Under the pieces are notes generated by a model, which made no database searches, was not told the DNA's origin, and saw only the letters and a list, made by a program, of their open reading frames with translations. A stretch of 64,000 nt of DNA, from assembly GCA_963790205.1 (NCBI GenBank), contig CAWBNQ010000002.1, forward strand, positions 160,001-224,000, written 5' to 3'. Below are positions 58,457 through 64,000 of the stretch, in pieces (position 1 is the first letter of the stretch; every line of letters starts with the position of its first letter). The stretch is from Nitrospirota bacterium. GTDB lineage: Bacteria; Nitrospirota; UBA9217. The position numbers were made by a program, and so were the translations under genes.

Positions 58457-58731
58457 TGGGCGCATTCAACCGAAGACTTGAACCAAAGGAAATAAACGGC
58501 ATGCCGTTAGAGGGCATGGCGGCGCTTGTCATGGCGCTCATTTTCCTCTCGCTTACCTTAATAGCTCCCGGAATTGCCAAGATCATTCCGGGACTGTTGT
58601 TGACCGGATCGATTATCGCGGCCATAATCGCTTTTGCGTTTCGAGCGGAGCTTCCTTTTTTGGTCGTAATTCTTCAAGGCAGGTTCATTGAACCTCGTCG
58701 CGTTACGTCGGAAACACGGACGCGCTTATAA
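58456..58731 (+). CDS. VirB3-like membrane protein
   Basis: Small 2-TM protein (INGMP) between pilin and VirB4. Confidence 0.6.
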   Translation: MGAFNRRLEPKEINGMPLEGMAALVMALIFLSLTLIAPGIAKIIPGLLLTGSIIAAIIAFAFRAELPFLVVILQGRFIEPRRVTSETRTRL

Positions 58732-58737
58732 CCTTAT

Positions 58738-61122
58738 ATGACAGACCTTTTACAGCTCAACCCGAGACAATACGCCGACCTCTTCACGTGGTCACATCCT
58801 CTCGGCGATCACGCCATGGCGCACACGGACGGCGCGGTATCTGTCATGATCGAGTGGGAAGGTTTGGATGCAGAGCTTCTCACTCCTGATCAGCGATCGG
58901 CGGCATGGGAAGGTTATTACACCATCCTTCACTCTATACCGGTCGGCTGGGTCGCCGAGTGGCACTGGTGGAGAGAGAAAGAAGAATCCCTTGCCGACGC
59001 GTATCTCGCACACAGTACAAAGATGTCCCGGCCGAGCGAGTTGGCAAACGTTATTCGCGTCGAGCAAGCCGACCATCTTCGTCGCATGTCCCGCAATAAC
59101 GCGGTCGGCCTGGTCCTGACCGTACCGCCGAAAAAAAGGTTCTTTACCGGTGCGAAGCGGGCGTTAGTTGCCCAGTCCGACCTGGCGGATGCTCTGCTTG
59201 AAAAAGTACAGTCCATCATCACGAACTTAAAAGGCGCGCGAGTGTCGCCCGTCGCGGACTACGCGGCGCGTATCTGCCAAAGCAGCGACCGGGGAAAATT
59301 CAAACGCGGCCATCCCGTGGGGATCGATCCGCGATTCTTACTCAACGAGCAGCTGATACGCGTAGCGCCGGGACAGGACAAGAATCTCCTTGCCTTCGGT
59401 GATGTCTTTACCAAAGTACTTCTCTTGTATCTTTATCCTGACGCGCAGCCGGCATGGTTTTCCGGCATATCGTCACTTCCTATCGATATGCATGTGGTAT
59501 CGATCCTGCGCCCGAAAGATACCCGCCAGGCGCTTAAAGCAAGCGAGAAAAAGACGGATTTCGCAGAGGGGTCCCTTGGCCGTCAGGGCCGAAGCCTTCA
59601 GGCCCGGGTCGTCCAGGACTTAAACGACTTTCAAAACTTCGTCGCGACAAATGCTTTATCGATTTTCGACAACTCGTATATTATTCATCTGCATGGCACG
59701 CGCGAAGAAGTAACGCGATACGCGCAGTCTATTACCGATTGGTGCGAGCCTGCCGGGGGACAGATTCGAGACGCCGATTATATGCAGTATCCGTATTTCC
59801 GGTCCGCGATGCCGGGCCAGGGCTACCGAGTGCCTCTGTTTCGGCCTGATCACTCCTGGCAGGTCGGCAATATGCTGCCGGTCCAGGTGAACCGGACCGG
59901 CGAGGCGGAGCCGGAGAGTCTTCGCCTGGGCGCTGCCGGCCAGCTGGTCGGTTTCGGGATCAGCACGCAGTCCGTGCCTCATTCCTTCACTGTTGCCATG
60001 ACGGGCGGCGGCAAGGGCGTTGACAAGGTCGCCACGATTGCCGAAACATACCCCTTTGGCATCGATTGGTATATCGCCGAGATCGGTGGCAGCTACAAAT
60101 GGATTGTCGAGGGGCTCGGGGGAGTATATTCGCGGATTGATCTGAGCGAGACGGTGGTAAATCCCTTGCCGCCGTTTTCGATTGCCGACCAGGCAGAGAC
60201 CTATCCGTTAAATGCCGTTATCGCAGGCGGCACGGTGAACTCGCTTGCGTTCCTTCTTACAGACGGCAGCACGGTCCTCGATATCCATAAGCAGCGGGTA
60301 GCTGAAGATGCGCTACAGAGGTTGTACGCGGTGGCGGATTTAGCGCGGGAAGCGCCGACGCTCCCGGATTTCTTAGCCGAGCTTGAGCGCGCTGATTATC
60401 CCGATGAACCCGAGGAAGCAGCAGCGGCAAAGAGTATGAGCAGCAAGCTGCACTCGTTCCTTGAAACGACCGGGGGCCGGGTATTCACCCGACAGGACAA
60501 CCTTGTTCTCTCCGAGGGGATCACCGGCGTGGACCTGAAAGACGTTGACCGGGCAAGCCCCAAGATGCTTAAATTCTACCTCGTGTTTCTGGCCCTCAGG
60601 TTCAGCCATCTTGCTTTTGCGCGGCGTAATCCGGCGCGCGTGCTTCTCGATGAAATGCACAAGTTCGTTAAAAGCTTTCCCGAGGTGATCGGCAAGCTGA
60701 TTTCGGAACTTGCGAGAATGGGGCGGAAAGACGCTGCCGCCATTGATATCGTCACGCAAGGCATTGCGGAAATAGACTGTATAGAAAAAGAAGTGCTTAA
60801 CTCAATGCCGCTGCGGTCGCTTTTATACCGGCCCGACGAACACGACACAATAGCCGAGCGTATTGCAATGCCCTCCGGAGCTCTCGCGATCTGGAAATCG
60901 TATCCCGACCCGACTAATTTTCCGTGGCGACCGGCTATGAGGTCCGTTGGAGGCGATTATTATAACCTGTATCTGACGTTTCCGAAGATTCTTCTGGATC
61001 TCGCCGCTACCGGCACGCGAGCCGGACAAATAGCCGATCTTGATCTCAAAGACGAAATCGGAAGCAAGATATCGGATCCCATCGAGAGACTTAAAGAGTT
61101 CAGGCGAAGGAGGCAAGCATGA
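58738..61122 (+). CDS. virB4: VirB4-like T4SS ATPase
   Basis: 794 aa; HSFTVAMTGGGKG (deviant Walker A), EIGGSY, VNPL, LLDEMH, RMGRK..VTQ. Confidence 0.8.
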   Translation: MTDLLQLNPRQYADLFTWSHPLGDHAMAHTDGAVSVMIEWEGLDAELLTPDQRSAAWEGYYTILHSIPVGWVAEWHWWREKEESLADAYLAHSTKMSRPSELANVIRVEQADHLRRMSRNNAVGLVLTVPPKKRFFTGAKRALVAQSDLADALLEKVQSIITNLKGARVSPVADYAARICQSSDRGKFKRGHPVGIDPRFLLNEQLIRVAPGQDKNLLAFGDVFTKVLLLYLYPDAQPAWFSGISSLPIDMHVVSILRPKDTRQALKASEKKTDFAEGSLGRQGRSLQARVVQDLNDFQNFVATNALSIFDNSYIIHLHGTREEVTRYAQSITDWCEPAGGQIRDADYMQYPYFRSAMPGQGYRVPLFRPDHSWQVGNMLPVQVNRTGEAEPESLRLGAAGQLVGFGISTQSVPHSFTVAMTGGGKGVDKVATIAETYPFGIDWYIAEIGGSYKWIVEGLGGVYSRIDLSETVVNPLPPFSIADQAETYPLNAVIAGGTVNSLAFLLTDGSTVLDIHKQRVAEDALQRLYAVADLAREAPTLPDFLAELERADYPDEPEEAAAAKSMSSKLHSFLETTGGRVFTRQDNLVLSEGITGVDLKDVDRASPKMLKFYLVFLALRFSHLAFARRNPARVLLDEMHKFVKSFPEVIGKLISELARMGRKDAAAIDIVTQGIAEIDCIEKEVLNSMPLRSLLYRPDEHDTIAERIAMPSGALAIWKSYPDPTNFPWRPAMRSVGGDYYNLYLTFPKILLDLAATGTRAGQIADLDLKDEIGSKISDPIERLKEFRRRRQA

Positions 61123-61745
61123 AATCTAAATTTTTGTGTCTACTGTTTTTGTTTCTCGCTGTCTGCAGCACGCCGGCATATGCTTTTTGGGGTGTCGGTG
61201 ATGTAACCTTTGATCCGACCACCTATGGGGAAGTGGCAAATTTATATAAGCAAACGGTGGACCTATGGAATACGGCAAAATCATCGTTAAATACCCTCAA
61301 TCAAGTGCGGCAGACGTTGAATGACGCAAAAGCGGGTGTCGATGCGCTGAAAAATTTCAATTTAAAGCAGACCGCCGGCAACCTTACGGGCAACGGGAGC
61401 GCCGACAAAATAAATGCTTTGCGGGCTGAAATGTCGAATGTTGAAGGCGGTCTTTCGGGAAGTGCTTCGTATTTAAACTATCAGAGACAACGGATAACAA
61501 ACCTGCAAAATCTTGAAAAACTGCGGGGGGAGTCCGCGAAAAATCTGTCGAAGGCGAGCGATACTACGAGCGCGGATGCTAATGGTAAGATTACCGCTCA
61601 GTCAACCTCGACAATGGCCGCGCTCGCGGCTGCGGAGAGTCAACGGAAAGAACAACAGGACATGGCTACTGCTCGTGATGCCGAGCAGCGCCGAAGCCTT
61701 GTTGGTGAGTCTAGTAAAATCTACGATGCGATAGGAAATGATTAG
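61119..61745 (+). CDS. VirB5/TrbJ-like secreted helical protein
   Basis: Signal peptide AYA, DVTFDPT, coiled-coil body; follows virB4. Confidence 0.65.
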   Translation: MKSKFLCLLFLFLAVCSTPAYAFWGVGDVTFDPTTYGEVANLYKQTVDLWNTAKSSLNTLNQVRQTLNDAKAGVDALKNFNLKQTAGNLTGNGSADKINALRAEMSNVEGGLSGSASYLNYQRQRITNLQNLEKLRGESAKNLSKASDTTSADANGKITAQSTSTMAALAAAESQRKEQQDMATARDAEQRRSLVGESSKIYDAIGND

Positions 61746-61747
61746 CC

Positions 61748-62887
61748 GTGTTTAACAGTATTGCATTATTCGCGAGCAATTTCGACGTGTCGTCTATACA
61801 CCTGGCGGCAGGGGACATCGCAAAGGTTGTCGCGATGTATATATCGCCGACGCTGCTTATTTTGGCTATTTATACGCGCATACTTCAGGACAGCCTCGAT
61901 ACGTTTACCACGACGGGCTCGGGCGTCTGGGCTCGCGCGGTGCGCGATTTTATCGTATGGGGAATGGTCCTTGCATCCTATTTCGCAATAGGCAGTCTCA
62001 TCATAAAATTTGCGAACGATATCTATCGCTGGGGCGATACGGTAGGCGGTCTGAAGCTGATCACCGGCGATATGAGTGCTGCCGCGAAATTTATTGACGA
62101 AAAAATGAAAAGCGATACCACTTCGAGCTCTTTAATCAGAGGTTTTGTTACCGGGGGCGGGACGCTTACGTTCATTACCGGTCTTTTCTATTATCTGTCG
62201 CTTTTGATTGCCTCGTTTCTTGTTGTCGCTCTTAAGATTGCTCACGCGCTTGTTTTCGGCCTCGCTTTCATATGGGGCCTTATTGCAATCCCTGTTTCCG
62301 TATCGAGGGGCATCAAGCTTTTGCGCGGTTGGGCGCTTCTTCTCGGTTTTGCCCTGGTCTGGCCCCTGATCCAGGCGCTTTTGTTGGCCATCATTCGCCC
62401 ATCCTTCGTCAAAGCTTTAAATGCAATCATGACAAACAATACAAACTCAGGCGTTGACATGCTTTCTTCAGATCTTCTTATGACGGTTCTTAATCTCATA
62501 TTTGCCGCTACCGTTGTCGCGGCGCCTTATGTTGCCTCTGCGCTTGTCAGTAACTCGCCGGCTGCGGCGGCTATGGTCACTCCGTTCGTCGCTGCCGCCA
62601 TGACAGGGGTGTCGGGTGTCGTGGGCGGCGCGAGACTGGCCGGTGCGCGGCTTGCCGGCCGCGGGGGCGGGCAGGCCGCTGCCGCGGTAGCTAGAAAAGC
62701 TGCCGGCTCCTTTGGAATGGGCGGCGGCTCTTCTGGTGGAGGCACGTCAAAAGTAGAAAAGGGACCTTCCGGCTCGGCTCCGGCTGCGGTTACGCCGGGA
62801 TCGCCGGGACCGTCCAGTGATTCAGTTGAGGCAAAGCAGAAGCAACAACGTCGGGGCGTTATCATAAACAATCTGAGGAAAAAATAA
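61748..62887 (+). CDS. VirB6/TrbL-like polytopic membrane protein
   Basis: About 7 TMs, GLIAIP..LLRGW, Gly/Ala-rich C-terminal tail. Confidence 0.7.
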   Translation: MFNSIALFASNFDVSSIHLAAGDIAKVVAMYISPTLLILAIYTRILQDSLDTFTTTGSGVWARAVRDFIVWGMVLASYFAIGSLIIKFANDIYRWGDTVGGLKLITGDMSAAAKFIDEKMKSDTTSSSLIRGFVTGGGTLTFITGLFYYLSLLIASFLVVALKIAHALVFGLAFIWGLIAIPVSVSRGIKLLRGWALLLGFALVWPLIQALLLAIIRPSFVKALNAIMTNNTNSGVDMLSSDLLMTVLNLIFAATVVAAPYVASALVSNSPAAAAMVTPFVAAAMTGVSGVVGGARLAGARLAGRGGGQAAAAVARKAAGSFGMGGGSSGGGTSKVEKGPSGSAPAAVTPGSPGPSSDSVEAKQKQQRRGVIINNLRKK

Positions 62888-63547
62888 ATGAGCAAACCTG
62901 ATATTAAGCAAGAAGCAAGGCCGATTAAAGCGACCACAAATCCTTTGCTCCAACATGGGCTTACCGGCCAGCTTATTATGAGGTTGCAACGCTATGCGGT
63001 GTTGGGCTGGGGCCTGGCTATTTTAGTTATTGTTCTTCATTTTATTATTCTTGCGGTGGCTGCTACCGTTCCGCGGCCTGTCGTCGTCGTGGACCAGGGC
63101 GGCCGGGAGATCGGCAATATCGACTATCTCAAGGCAAGCTCGCGCTCTGATCAGGAAATCATTGCCGCCTCGATGCGTTATCTGACGCTCCGCTTAAGCC
63201 TTAACAGCGCCACCATATATAATGACCTGGCTGAAGCAATGAATATGGAATCCCCGCAAATGCAAGCAATTACAAAGGCTGCGATCACGGCAGATAACTA
63301 TTTGCAAAGGGTCGAACAGGTCAAGTCTCGCTCGTGGCTCGATTTTTCCACCGCTTCTAAAGCTCCGGTCATTCTCGAACGCCGGGGCCTTGAGGCGCGC
63401 GTGCGCCTCAAGGGCAATATCAATGTCGATATGGGCGGGAAACATGCCGAGCCGAAACCGTTCGACGTTACTCTTTCCATCAGTTCGGCGGCGCGAAATA
63501 CCATAAATACGGCGGGTATCCAAATCACGGATATGAGGGACAACTAA
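62888..63547 (+). CDS. VirB8-like bitopic protein
   Basis: Single TM, PVVVVDQGG, C-terminal RNTINTAGIQIT; position in operon. Confidence 0.6.
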   Translation: MSKPDIKQEARPIKATTNPLLQHGLTGQLIMRLQRYAVLGWGLAILVIVLHFIILAVAATVPRPVVVVDQGGREIGNIDYLKASSRSDQEIIAASMRYLTLRLSLNSATIYNDLAEAMNMESPQMQAITKAAITADNYLQRVEQVKSRSWLDFSTASKAPVILERRGLEARVRLKGNINVDMGGKHAEPKPFDVTLSISSAARNTINTAGIQITDMRDN

Positions 63548-63550
63548 GAT

Positions 63551-64000
63551 ATGAATAAACTTTTACATTTCTGCATTATTACATTTTTATTGAGCGCGGT
63601 CCTTTTCCCGTTCAGCGCCAATGCCGAGCCGCGCGTGAAAACAGTAACCCTTGAGTCGCACACGTCGCTTACCGCTTACCTCATTCCGAATCTCGGTGTG
63701 CGCTTTATATTTCCTTTTATTCTCGACGAGTCGGATGATTTTATACCCTTTACGTCACAACTCACGAATCAATCTTTCAATTATAAGCGCGAACAAGGGC
63801 GTAACTCTTTCGTCGTCTGGATCACTCCCCAGGCCGGACAACAATGGGGCGACCTTTTCGTCACGGTAGCGGGATATCTCATCTCTATAGAAATTAAGAC
63901 CACGAACGATGCGAGTTTGTTTTACAGTGACATCAATTTTACTCTCGGGACCGCCGAGCGTGAGGATATTATTCAGAAAAGCATAAAACAGCGAACCAAG
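63551..64000 (+). CDS. Secreted T4SS core protein (VirB9/TraK-like), truncated by window end; absent from ORF track
   Basis: ATG 63551 opens a 150-codon stop-free frame MNKLLHFC..SANA-EPRVKTVTL..GVRFIFP..GDLFVTV. Confidence 0.55.
   Translation, partial: MNKLLHFCIITFLLSAVLFPFSANAEPRVKTVTLESHTSLTAYLIPNLGVRFIFPFILDESDDFIPFTSQLTNQSFNYKREQGRNSFVVWITPQAGQQWGDLFVTVAGYLISIEIKTTNDASLFYSDINFTLGTAEREDIIQKSIKQRTK

Larger units (their letters stand above)
26624..64000. mobile_element. Integrative conjugative element inserted at tRNA-Glu (distal end outside window)
   Basis: Tyrosine integrase ends 7 bp after the tRNA CCA; relaxase, T4CP, VirB-like genes and defence cargo follow; visibly lower GC than upstream chromosome; no second copy of the tRNA 3' end seen in window. 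Confidence 0.88.

Overview
The window has two parts. 1-26623 is GC-rich housekeeping chromosome; its gene content suggests a Nitrospirota/Desulfobacterota-like bacterium (inference). It holds a CusCBA-type heavy-metal RND efflux operon (cusA split by a 1-nt frameshift), an scpA-HEAT repeat-scpB-MinD/FlhG-like-DnaJ/HTH cluster, NrdR-boxed nrdJ, ttcA, a stand-alone MshEN protein, a DUF1573 gene with an in-frame UGA and SECIS-like hairpin (probable selenoprotein missed by the ORF track), aminotransferase-serA-purA, tRNA-Lys and tRNA-Glu. From 26624 to beyond the window end lies an integrative conjugative element at tRNA-Glu. It encodes an integrase/excisionase, a phage-like divergent XRE switch, a Rep protein with four internal iterons, a MOBF relaxase, ParM/ParR-like partitioning and a TraD/TrwB coupling protein. 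Its cargo is a defence island (MazG-like, DUF262+HEPN, type III R-M, ImmA+PIN), a signalling module and a beta-barrel plus two lipoproteins, followed by a divergent VirB-like T4SS. Main leads: the hybrid integrative/self-replicating/partitioned element, whose xis-int promoter is built from inverted copies of its own rep promoter and parM 5' end; a HEAT-repeat gene between the condensin kleisin and KITE genes; the selenoprotein; and a membrane protein/GAPVP-repeat peptide pair split by a 32-bp duplication. All family calls come from motif recognition by eye, not database searches.
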